From contig CAVYSN010000021.1 of NCBI GenBank assembly GCA_963771165.1, forward strand, positions 264,502-328,501: DNA of 64,000 nt, read 5' to 3'. Below the pieces are notes generated by a model. That model saw only the letters and a list, made by a program, of their open reading frames with translations, was not told the origin of the DNA and searched no databases. Position 1 is the first letter of the stretch, and every line of letters starts with the position of its first letter. This stretch comes from an uncultured bacterium (GTDB lineage Bacteria > Acidobacteriota > HRBIN11 > JAKEFK01). Position numbers and translations under genes: made by a program. Shown here piece by piece: positions 39,695 through 50,729 of the stretch.

Positions 39695-40507
39695 ATGGCA
39701 CCCGCAGAGAACCAGCCGATCATTGAATTGCGGAATGTTTATTTCTCTGCCGGAACGTTCCAGATTTTGAAAAATGTGAGCCTGAAAGTGAATGCAGGAT
39801 CGGCGATAATGATCTGTGGGACCAGCGGAGCAGGGAAAAGCACTGTTATCAAGCTGATCCTTGGACTGATCAAAGCGGATAGCGGCGAAATTTATGTGGA
39901 TGGCGAGGAAATCAGCAATTATACGGAAGAAGAATTGATGCCGGTCCGGCAAAAACTTGGAATGGTATTTCAAGAAAGCGCTCTGTTCGATTCGCTGACA
40001 GTTCGCGAAAATGTTGGATACATATTGTACGAACGTGGCACTATGCCGGATGAGGAAGTTGATGCGCGCGTTGTGGAACTTCTAACTCTTGTTGAAATCG
40101 AGGAATTGATCGACAAAATGCCCGCTGAATTGAGCGGTGGGCAAAAGCGGAGGGTCGCGATTGCCCGTGCCATGGCCGCAAATCCCCCAATTCTTCTATA
40201 CGATGAGCCGACCGCTGGACTGGATCCGGTGACATCCAAAACCATCATCAAACAGATGATGAAGCTGCGGGATTTTCGTCACGTGACGTCCGTTCTTGTT
40301 TCTCATAAATTAGAAGATGGATTTCGGCTTTCTTACAATGTAGTCGAGCAACAGGGATCGGAAATCACAATGGTCAAAGACACAAGCGGGAAAAAACTGG
40401 AAGAAACCCGTTTTTATATGTTGCGGGAAGGCGAGGTTATATTTGAAGGGAACGCCGAAGAATTCCGTAATTCGCCCGATCCGTACATAAAAGAATTCTT
40501 AAATTGA
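39695..40507 (+). CDS. mlaF: MlaF-type ABC transporter ATP-binding protein
   Basis: GTSGAGKST Walker A, LSGGQKRR signature, LLYDEP Walker B. Confidence 0.9.
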   Translation: MAPAENQPIIELRNVYFSAGTFQILKNVSLKVNAGSAIMICGTSGAGKSTVIKLILGLIKADSGEIYVDGEEISNYTEEELMPVRQKLGMVFQESALFDSLTVRENVGYILYERGTMPDEEVDARVVELLTLVEIEELIDKMPAELSGGQKRRVAIARAMAANPPILLYDEPTAGLDPVTSKTIIKQMMKLRDFRHVTSVLVSHKLEDGFRLSYNVVEQQGSEITMVKDTSGKKLEETRFYMLREGEVIFEGNAEEFRNSPDPYIKEFLN

Positions 40508-40523
40508 CAGAGGGAGGCTACCA

Positions 40524-41576
40524 ATGGCATCCAAAAAAGAAATTGCATGGTCTGAGCTGAAAGTCGGAGCTCTCGTTATTATTTCGCTCGCGATTCTGTC
40601 GGCGATTGTTGTTCTGGTTCTTGGTGTGGAGTCTCCCTTTTCTAAACGTTACACTCTGTACACCTTTTTACCCAACATCGGCGGACTACGTCCGGATTCG
40701 CCCGTTTTGCTGGAGGGCGTAACGGCTGGAACAGTGGACGATTATGAGTTTGAATCGGGAGATCTGGAAAAAGGTGTCCGTATCAAAATGCGTATCCTGA
40801 AGAAGTATCAGAGTCGCATTCGTACCGATTCGATAGCGAAGCTGAGAAGTCTCGGTTTGTTAGGAGATAAGTATATAGAAATTACGCAGGGAACACCGAA
40901 TGGCCGCGTTCTGGAAGAAGGAGAGGTGATAACAGGCGCTCCCCCTGTGGATCTGGATGAAATGATTGCCAAAGGGACTCACACGTTCGACAACCTGAGC
41001 AGCACGGTGGATAACATCAAAGCGATTACTCAAGGGATACTGGAAGGGCAAGGAACTGTCGGAAGATTGATGCGGGATGATGCTCTCTACAAGAATGCAA
41101 ATGAATTGACCCGAAGACTGCATGAAGGAAAGGGTTCAATGGCTGCATTTATTAACGACGCAACGTTATACAGAGAGTTGAGCTCAACGGCTGTGAATTT
41201 ACGAAAGGTGAGTGCGCGCCTTGAAAAGGGTGAAGGGGCAGCCGGCAAACTTTTAGCCAGCAAGGAAGTCGGTGATTCGTTGCAATCGAGTATTCTGAAA
41301 TTGGAAGGAGTTCTGGCGAAGATGGAGAAGGGTGAAGGCACGCTTGGAAAACTGTCAAGCGATCCGGCACTTTACAACAATCTGAACAAGGTTACAGCCA
41401 ACCTGGGTCCGATCACAGATCAAATCGCCAAAGGGGAAGGTACAGTCGGTAAACTGCTTCGCGATAAGGAGCTATACGATAACACAAACAAATTGATGTC
41501 CGAAATGAGCCTGCTCGTGAAGGAAGTGCGTAAGGATCCGAAAAAATATCTCCGCATCAAGTTTAGTGTGTTCTGA
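40524..41576 (+). CDS. mlaD: MlaD/MCE-domain substrate-binding protein with repeated C-terminal helices
   Basis: N-terminal TM plus MCE domain, then five ~34-aa repeats (G[EQK]G[TA]xG[KR]L...LY). Confidence 0.85.
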   Translation: MASKKEIAWSELKVGALVIISLAILSAIVVLVLGVESPFSKRYTLYTFLPNIGGLRPDSPVLLEGVTAGTVDDYEFESGDLEKGVRIKMRILKKYQSRIRTDSIAKLRSLGLLGDKYIEITQGTPNGRVLEEGEVITGAPPVDLDEMIAKGTHTFDNLSSTVDNIKAITQGILEGQGTVGRLMRDDALYKNANELTRRLHEGKGSMAAFINDATLYRELSSTAVNLRKVSARLEKGEGAAGKLLASKEVGDSLQSSILKLEGVLAKMEKGEGTLGKLSSDPALYNNLNKVTANLGPITDQIAKGEGTVGKLLRDKELYDNTNKLMSEMSLLVKEVRKDPKKYLRIKFSVF

Positions 41577-41578
41577 CG

Positions 41579-41725
41579 ATGCTCTGGGTTGTTCTGGCTG
41601 TTTTACTTTTACTATGGGTGTTCCAGTTTGGCCTGGCTATCTCCGGATGGTGGATCACCCTGCTGATGGTTGGAACGTGGCTATTTTTCTTTAGCTCGCT
41701 TTTTGTTCGTCATGAACACCGCTGA
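41579..41725 (+). CDS. unlisted 48-aa hydrophobic ORF (lmo0937/DUF5670-like small membrane protein)
   Basis: MLWVVLAVLLLLWVFQFGLAISGWWITLLMVGTWLFFFSSLFVRHEHR. ATG lies 3 nt after the mlaD stop. Below the ORF-track size cutoff. Confidence 0.45.
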   Translation: MLWVVLAVLLLLWVFQFGLAISGWWITLLMVGTWLFFFSSLFVRHEHR

Positions 41726-42218
41726 TCCCCAATGGTACGCGATCTACACAAGGTCGCGGCATGAGAAAAGCGTCGCTTCAAAGCTGGAGGAAAAACGGAT
41801 AGAAGTCTTTCTGCCGCTTCGAAATGTCTTGAGGCGTTGGAAGGATCGACGCAAAGAAGTTGCAATGCCACTTTTCAGTAGTTACGTATTTGTTCGAATA
41901 CCTCAGTTACAGAGACTTTCTGTTCTTCAGACACCGGGAGTTGTGCAAATTCTCAGCGAGGGTAGCAAGCCGATGCCGATTCCTGAAGATCAGATTGCTG
42001 CGATTCAAAAACTGGTGCAGAGCGGTTTGGCCTACGATCCATATCCCTATTTGAAAGAAGGTGCGTTTGTAAGAGTGGTTCGTGGCCCGCTTCAGGGCGT
42101 TGAAGGTATTTTGCTGGAGAAGCGCAAGAAGCATCTTCTGGTTTTATCGGTTGATTTGATCCAACAATCTGCAGCTCTGCAGGTTGATATCACCGACACA
42201 GATGTGGCAGGAATGTGA
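41712..42218 (+). CDS. NusG paralogue (UpxY/RfaH-like operon-specific antiterminator)
   Basis: NGN domain (WYAIYTRSRHEK) plus KOW motif (GAFVRVVRGPLQGVEGIL), 168 aa from ATG 41712. Confidence 0.8.
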   Translation: MNTADPQWYAIYTRSRHEKSVASKLEEKRIEVFLPLRNVLRRWKDRRKEVAMPLFSSYVFVRIPQLQRLSVLQTPGVVQILSEGSKPMPIPEDQIAAIQKLVQSGLAYDPYPYLKEGAFVRVVRGPLQGVEGILLEKRKKHLLVLSVDLIQQSAALQVDITDTDVAGM

Positions 42219-42222
42219 TCCG

Positions 42223-44750
<2,528 letters not shown>

Positions 44751-44763
44751 CTCATAATCTGTT

Positions 44764-45411
44764 ATGTTTCCTGTAATACTGTTTGACCTCGATAACACTC
44801 TGTACACGGAAGAGAGCGGGATATTCGACTTGATCGATCAGCGGATGAGTGAATGGCTCATCACGAGGTTGCAAGTTCCTGAATCGGAAGTGATGGAGTT
44901 CCGCCGAAAATATTTCCTTCAGTACGGCACCACACTCAGAGGATTGATGCTACATCACCAGGTTGATCCCATGGATTTTTTACGCTTTGTTCATGACGTC
45001 CCGGTCAAGGATTTCCTGTCGATCGATCTCGAATTACGCCGCACGCTGGAAGAGGTCTCCAGCCGGAAAATCGTTTTCACAAACAGTGATGAAGCGCATG
45101 CGACACGGATCCTGGATGCGCTGGGTGTCCGGGATCTGTTCGAAAAAATATTCGATATCGAAGCCATGTCTTATGTGCCGAAACCGAATCAAGAAGCCTA
45201 CGAGGCTGTTCTGAACTATGCCCGTGTCGCTCCCTCCGATTGTCTGTTGATCGACGATATGACCCGTAACTTGAAGCCGGCGAAAATGTTGGGGATGCAC
45301 ACCGTGTTGATAGGCTCCGGGGAACCTCCCGAAGATTCTCATCACGCCATTGCGAATATCAAAGAGCTCAGCGCGCTTCTTCACAAGATTGCTCAACAGA
45401 TCGAAAAGTGA
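44764..45411 (+). CDS. HAD-superfamily hydrolase (pyrimidine 5'-nucleotidase-like)
   Basis: FDLDNTLY motif I, 215 aa. Confidence 0.78.
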   Translation: MFPVILFDLDNTLYTEESGIFDLIDQRMSEWLITRLQVPESEVMEFRRKYFLQYGTTLRGLMLHHQVDPMDFLRFVHDVPVKDFLSIDLELRRTLEEVSSRKIVFTNSDEAHATRILDALGVRDLFEKIFDIEAMSYVPKPNQEAYEAVLNYARVAPSDCLLIDDMTRNLKPAKMLGMHTVLIGSGEPPEDSHHAIANIKELSALLHKIAQQIEK

Positions 45412-45980
45412 AACGGGTCGACTTTGTCCGGACCCTTGGATGTCATATAATCGCCGCTATGGTAGACGAATCCTTCTTGAGGAACGTGTTTCTTTTCAAG
45501 AATCTCGATGAAACGGAGAATCGCCACATCTGTGCTCTCTTAAAAGAAGAGAATTTCAAACAAGGGGAGAAGATTGTTGAGGAGGGGAGGGCCGGCGACG
45601 CGTTATATGTAATTTGGTCCGGCAGAGTTCGCGTTAGCCGCCAGTTCGATAAAGAGTCCTTTGTGTTAACCGAGCTGGGTCCTTACGATTTCTTTGGTGA
45701 AATGGCACTGATAGACGACTTTCCCACATCAGCGACAGTGGATGCCATCGCAGACACGACCCTCTTTAAGATGAGCAGGGAAGATTTCAGATCGGTCACA
45801 TCCGTGAATAATGAGTTATCTTCGAAGATGTGGGAATCCGTTGCGCGTAGTCTAACGACGAGAATCCGGAAGACGGGGGATCTTGTCAAAATGTACTACG
45901 GATTGAGCAAGGCTCTCTGTGAAAATGAGCAGTTCCGGGAACTTTATACCTCCTGGAATTTCCACGTGCCAAAAGGCTAG
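45408..45980 (+). CDS. cyclic-nucleotide-binding domain protein (no DNA-binding domain seen)
   Basis: cNMP-binding beta-barrel (FFGEMALID). Alternative start at ATG 45459. Confidence 0.78.
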   Translation: MKRVDFVRTLGCHIIAAMVDESFLRNVFLFKNLDETENRHICALLKEENFKQGEKIVEEGRAGDALYVIWSGRVRVSRQFDKESFVLTELGPYDFFGEMALIDDFPTSATVDAIADTTLFKMSREDFRSVTSVNNELSSKMWESVARSLTTRIRKTGDLVKMYYGLSKALCENEQFRELYTSWNFHVPKG

Positions 45981-46093
45981 CAATAGTTACCGCGAAGATA
46001 AGAATATATCTACTTCGCTGACCCACACGGACAGATGGATTCATGAGTGTTTACGGACCGATGGTCCGTTTTCAAAGGGAGATCCAACTTACC

Positions 46094-46855
46094 TTACTTT
46101 TTATACTTGAGAACTACACAGGTAATATTGTCTTTTCCGCCTGCTTCATTCGCAAGCTGGATGAGAGCTTCGCAGATACCGGCCAAATCCCCTTCGGTTT
46201 TTTTCAGCACACCCGCCATCTCTTCAGGTTCCACCAAACCGTGCAAACCATCACTGCAAAGCAGGATCAAATCGCCATCGGCGAGTTGAACTTCCTGAAT
46301 GGGAAACTCAATATCCTCTTTTGAACCGATCGCTTTAGAGAGCACATTTTTCAGTGGAATCCTCTGCAACTGTTCTTCGGTAAATGCCCGCCGGACCCAT
46401 GTTTCATTCAGCCATACATCGTCTCTTGTCAGTAGCTTTACTTCCGTTTCCCGCCAGAGATAGGCCCTGGAATCTCCTACTGAAACGAGGGAAGCAACAT
46501 CATCCGAAATGGCTACAGCTACGATCGTCGTTCCCATGCCTGTATATTCCTGATGGGAATCGGCAAGCTGCCAGATCTTGTGGTTCGCCAGCTTTACGGC
46601 AGTTCGTAGACGATTGGCATCAAAACTCATTTTCGGATCGATACCGAAAGGCCAGGTCAGTTCCCGTTCCTGGTGAGAACGAACCATGAAGCTCTCGACC
46701 GTTTTGGCTGCCGTCGAAGATGCCACATCTCCGGCATTGTGCCCGCCCATCCCATCCGCCACCATGTAGAGGTGGATGTCGCGGTTAACAACATGCGAGT
46801 CCTCGTTCCGCTGTCGCTTCTTTCCAATGTCTGTGGCGCCGTAAGCTGCTATCAT
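46094..46855 (-). CDS. PP2C-family Ser/Thr phosphatase (Stp1/PrpC-like)
   Basis: TDIGKKRQRNEDS and ADGMGGH motifs, 253 aa. Confidence 0.9.
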   Translation of the reverse strand: MIAAYGATDIGKKRQRNEDSHVVNRDIHLYMVADGMGGHNAGDVASSTAAKTVESFMVRSHQERELTWPFGIDPKMSFDANRLRTAVKLANHKIWQLADSHQEYTGMGTTIVAVAISDDVASLVSVGDSRAYLWRETEVKLLTRDDVWLNETWVRRAFTEEQLQRIPLKNVLSKAIGSKEDIEFPIQEVQLADGDLILLCSDGLHGLVEPEEMAGVLKKTEGDLAGICEALIQLANEAGGKDNITCVVLKYKK

Positions 46856-46956
46856 GCGTCCTCACATCATAACACACGTGGGGACGAACTTGTGTCTCTC
46901 TCCTTTCATCGGATTTCATTGCTCAAACTGTGCGACTCCTGTATCTTAATGGCTAT

Positions 46957-49317
46957 ATGGATGAGACTGCTGTTATTACGGCTGGCGTCCCTGCCGGAAG
47001 GAAGAAAGTCTTTAAAAATGTTCTGATCACGCTTCTGTATTTCTTCAGCATTTCGATTGGGTCTCTCTTTGGCTTTTTCCTATCTTATTTGAATCGGCTC
47101 CCGCAGGTGGAACAAAGCGAAACGTTTCGGCCCAATGTCCCGGGCCAGGTTTATTCTTCCGATGGAAAACTCATTGAGGAGTTTGCTGTTGAGAAAAGGA
47201 TTTTGCTCCGTTCGATTGACGAAATCTCGCCGTATTTAAAGAATGCTGTGATTGCAGTGGAAGACGCCCATTTCTATCAGCACCCGGGTGTCGATCCGTG
47301 GGGAATTCTGCGCGCGTTGTATGTGAACTTAAAGACCGGACGTGTCGTGGAAGGTGGAAGTACGCTTACTCAACAACTGGCAAAATTGCTGTTTCTCAGG
47401 CCGGAAAAGACAATGGAACGGAAGATCCAGGAAGCCATGTTGGCCGTCCAACTGGAACGCAGGTATACAAAAGACGAAGTGTTTCTTCTCTATGCAAATC
47501 AAATTTATCTTGGGCATGGGATTTACGGTATTCAAGCCGCATCAAACTACTACTACGGTAAGTCCGCTAAAGAATTGAATCTGGAAGAAGCCGCCTTGAT
47601 CGCTGCGCTGCCCAAAGCGCCTGAGAACTTTTCACCTTATACTCATCCGGAACAGGCGATGAAGCGAAGAAACCATGTTCTTGAGAGGATGGCCGAAGAA
47701 AAGTTTATTTCCAAGCAGGACGCAGAAGAGGCCAAAACGAAGCCTTTATCGGTGAAAACCGTTGTCCCTAAAATTTCTGTGGCCCCTTACTTTACAGAGG
47801 AGATTCGGAAATACCTCGAAACGAAATATGGATTTTCGGGAATCTATGAGAGTGGTCTCCAAATTTACTCAACCCTCGTTCCGGAAATGCAAGTTGCTGC
47901 AGAGAAGGCTTTGGACAAAGGTGTGCGAGCATTGGATAAACGGCGCGGATTCCGGAAAATAACTACGACAGTGAAGGAGCAGGAAATAGAGAATTTTCGA
48001 TCACCGGATTGGTCTAAGTCGTTTGAACCCGGAATGATCGTGCGGGGGGTCGTCACGGAGGTAACTCCGAAGCGCGTTACGGTGAAGATTGGAAAGGAGA
48101 CGGTGAATCTTTTCCCGGAAGGTTGGGGCTGGACCGGCAGGAAAGACGCTGCATCGATTTTTGTGCGGGGCACCGTTACAGATTTTAAAATTCGGGGAAT
48201 GGAAAATGGCAAGATTCAATCGATTTCGGTGGATCAGGCGCCGATTGTTGATGGGGCCCTGGTTGCGATGGATATTAAGACGGGAAAGATCCAGGCGTTG
48301 ATCGGAGGATCCGATTTCGGAACCAAGAAGTTCGATCGTGCAACCCAGGCTTACCGCCAAACAGGATCCGCTTTTAAACCTTTCATTTATGCAGCAGCCT
48401 TTGAACGTGGATTCACTCCATCGGATGTGATGGTTGACGCTCCTTTGTCCTATTATGACGCCTGGTCAAAGAAAACATGGTCACCGCAAAATTATACCGG
48501 CGATTTCCTGGGTCCCATGACTTTGCGTCGAGCCCTGGAACTCTCAAGAAATACGATTGCAGTAAGACTTTTGGAGCAAATCGGCGTGAAATATGCAATT
48601 CGTTACATCGATAATTTTGAAGTAGCCAATAATATGCAGCCCTATTTGCCTCTTGCGTTAGGGGCCAGCGAAGCCACATTAATCGGCATGGTGCGAGCGT
48701 TTGGCGCTTTTTCCAACCAGGGCCTCATGATGCGTCCCTATCTGGTGGAAAAGGTTTTGGATCGCGATGGAAATCTACTGGAACAAAATCTCCCTTCAGC
48801 AAAAGAGGTTATGCGTGCAGATGTGGCCTATCTAATGACGGATGTGTTACAGGGGGTCATCAGGCGTGGCACGGCGGTGAAGGCGAAGAAGTTGAAAAGG
48901 CCCTTAGCCGGGAAAACAGGGACCACCGACGATTGCACGGACGCATGGTTCATCGGCTACACTCCGAGCCTCGTTGTGGGTGTGTGGGTTGGTTACGACG
49001 AAAAGAAATCCCTGGGTAAGAAGGAAACCGGAGCTGAGGCTGCGTTGCCGATTTGGATCGATTTTATGGAAGTGGTTCTCAAAGATAAGCCGGTTGAAGA
49101 ATTTCAGGCCACTTCAAACATTGTAACGATTGCTATCGATCGCCATTCAGGCCTTCGCGCAACACCAGACTGTACAGACGTTATCCTGGAATCCTTTGTT
49201 GCCGGAACGGAACCTAAACAGTATTGCGGTCCCGAACACCATGGGGAAATCCCGCTTCAGCCTGAGGAGCGAGAATCCATGCAAATCGTCACCCCCCCAC
49301 CCGAAGAACAGAATTAA
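46957..49317 (+). CDS. mrcA: class A penicillin-binding protein 1A (transglycosylase + transpeptidase)
   Basis: EDAHFYQH and GGSTLTQQ glycosyltransferase motifs; SAFKP and KTGTT transpeptidase motifs. A GTG at 46930 is an alternative start. Confidence 0.9.
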   Translation: MDETAVITAGVPAGRKKVFKNVLITLLYFFSISIGSLFGFFLSYLNRLPQVEQSETFRPNVPGQVYSSDGKLIEEFAVEKRILLRSIDEISPYLKNAVIAVEDAHFYQHPGVDPWGILRALYVNLKTGRVVEGGSTLTQQLAKLLFLRPEKTMERKIQEAMLAVQLERRYTKDEVFLLYANQIYLGHGIYGIQAASNYYYGKSAKELNLEEAALIAALPKAPENFSPYTHPEQAMKRRNHVLERMAEEKFISKQDAEEAKTKPLSVKTVVPKISVAPYFTEEIRKYLETKYGFSGIYESGLQIYSTLVPEMQVAAEKALDKGVRALDKRRGFRKITTTVKEQEIENFRSPDWSKSFEPGMIVRGVVTEVTPKRVTVKIGKETVNLFPEGWGWTGRKDAASIFVRGTVTDFKIRGMENGKIQSISVDQAPIVDGALVAMDIKTGKIQALIGGSDFGTKKFDRATQAYRQTGSAFKPFIYAAAFERGFTPSDVMVDAPLSYYDAWSKKTWSPQNYTGDFLGPMTLRRALELSRNTIAVRLLEQIGVKYAIRYIDNFEVANNMQPYLPLALGASEATLIGMVRAFGAFSNQGLMMRPYLVEKVLDRDGNLLEQNLPSAKEVMRADVAYLMTDVLQGVIRRGTAVKAKKLKRPLAGKTGTTDDCTDAWFIGYTPSLVVGVWVGYDEKKSLGKKETGAEAALPIWIDFMEVVLKDKPVEEFQATSNIVTIAIDRHSGLRATPDCTDVILESFVAGTEPKQYCGPEHHGEIPLQPEERESMQIVTPPPEEQN

Positions 49318-49377
49318 CGCAAAAACGCAAAGAAAAGCAATGATTTTCGCTTTGCGGGCTTTGCGATATTGCGTTAA
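49314..49377. repeat. Family-B hairpin repeat (octamer units ACGCAAAG / CTTTGCGT)
   Basis: ttaacgcaaaaacgcaaag ... ctttgcgggctttgcgatattgcgttaa. It contains the PBP1A TAA stop (49315-49317). Confidence 0.85.
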
Positions 49378-49419
49378 ACAGCTAGCGTTTTTTCTTTTTG
49401 GCTGGTTTCGCTTTCTTCT

Positions 49420-50040
49420 TTAGAGCGGGTTTGCTTTTTCTGTCGGCTTCGGCTTCGCTTTTGCCTTTACCGGTTTTGCGACTTTTTTCACGGCAGGCTT
49501 GGTTTTCGCCGCCGGTTTTGGCTTCTGTGGTTTTGCCACTGGAGGAGGCGCGACCTTCTTCCTGCCCGGCTTAACAGGAAGTGGCACGACTCTGGGCTTC
49601 GCTTTCTTAGCATCCTCTACTGCCTGTTTGATCTTCGGTCGTTCGACGGCCCGGATCGCTTCAAGGACTGCCTGTTTGACCTTTTTCATCGGACGAGGAG
49701 ATTCGTCGGTCAGGCGCGATTTTTTCTTCTTATACGAGCGGTTGATGATCTCAAGGAGCTTCTCAGCCTCTTCCCAACTCGTTAATTGTGCCTGACGCCA
49801 ACCCGCATCATGAAGCATTTCAACAGGATGCGGATGGACAAAGGGTTGATTCTCTGTGGAGGTCAGGTCTTTTGGAGCCGGCTTGAACTCGACAAAGATG
49901 ATCTCATGACTGCGGTTCATGCCGAGAGTACAGATCGTCTGCCCGTCACTCTTGATAAAGATCCGCTCAGGTGAACTGCTGCTCTCGTTGTCCGCCGTAA
50001 GTTCGTCTTTTAGCTTGATATAGATTTCTTCGGCCGTCAT
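49420..50040 (-). CDS. hypothetical protein with Lys/Pro/Ala-rich histone-H1-like C-terminal tail
   Basis: 206 aa from MTAEEIY. The last ~70 aa are KPxxKK/PKPAAK low-complexity basic repeats. Confidence 0.6.
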   Translation of the reverse strand: MTAEEIYIKLKDELTADNESSSSPERIFIKSDGQTICTLGMNRSHEIIFVEFKPAPKDLTSTENQPFVHPHPVEMLHDAGWRQAQLTSWEEAEKLLEIINRSYKKKKSRLTDESPRPMKKVKQAVLEAIRAVERPKIKQAVEDAKKAKPRVVPLPVKPGRKKVAPPPVAKPQKPKPAAKTKPAVKKVAKPVKAKAKPKPTEKANPL

Positions 50041-50126
50041 TTTGCATAAAAATATACACGGATTGCTACAATTAATCAATAAGAATGATAAATGTAGTAT
50101 TATTTTAGTCCATCGAAGATTAGCTT

Positions 50127-50683
50127 ATGACAAATATCCCACGACTAAATTGCGACAATATAGTCTTTTATTTTCATTGACTTGCAGGAGAAGCTACTAA
50201 TGAAGATTTCTCATGCACAACAAATCGTTTCGCGCAATGAACTGCTTATTGGGAGCTGCTAATGTGTTACGTCTACCTTATGTTACGACGACACAATATC
50301 GGAAGGGTCTGGGTGCTTTATCCGGTTTCCTGCAGAAAACAATCAGACCTTCTTTGGACAAGACGACCTTTAGTTGTGCGGCAGACGCGGCAATTTCAGC
50401 GGAATTGGATCGCATTGGCCGCAATTGCATTGTGGTTTCCGGGGTCGAGACCCACATCTGCGTTCTGCAAACCTGCCTGGATCTGATCGGCAAGGGATAT
50501 CAGGTGTTTGTCGTTGCCGATGCCGTCGGAGCACGGAGCCAAATGGACCACCAGCTAGGGTTGAAGCGCATGGAATCTGCCGGAGCTGTATCTGTAACGG
50601 CCGAGATGCTGATCTATGAGCTACTGGGCCGCAGCGATTCCGACGCTTTTAAACAAATCCTTCCTTTAATCAAGCAAACTTAA
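50127..50683 (+). pseudogene. isochorismatase-family hydrolase, two frameshifts near the 5' end
   Basis: MTNIPRLNCDNIV | FIFIDLQEKLL..NELLIG | ANVLRLPYVTTTQY.. joins across frame changes near 50168 (T-runs) and 50245. VSGVETHICV catalytic Cys region. Confidence 0.7.
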
Positions 50684-50695
50684 TGGCAACGGTCA

Positions 50696-50726
50696 TGACG
50701 CCAAGAGCTTAGTGTCTTGGCGGTCA
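50696..50726. repeat. Family-D short hairpin
   Basis: tgacgccaaga ... tcttggcggtca, between convergent stops. Confidence 0.6.
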
Positions 50727-50729
50727 GGG

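Noticed and set aside
40524-41576. Five ~34-aa GEGTxGKL repeats in the MlaD-like protein as a novel feature.
   Set aside because: Repeated C-terminal helical segments of this type are a known feature of many MCE/MlaD homologues, so this is recorded only as feature evidence.
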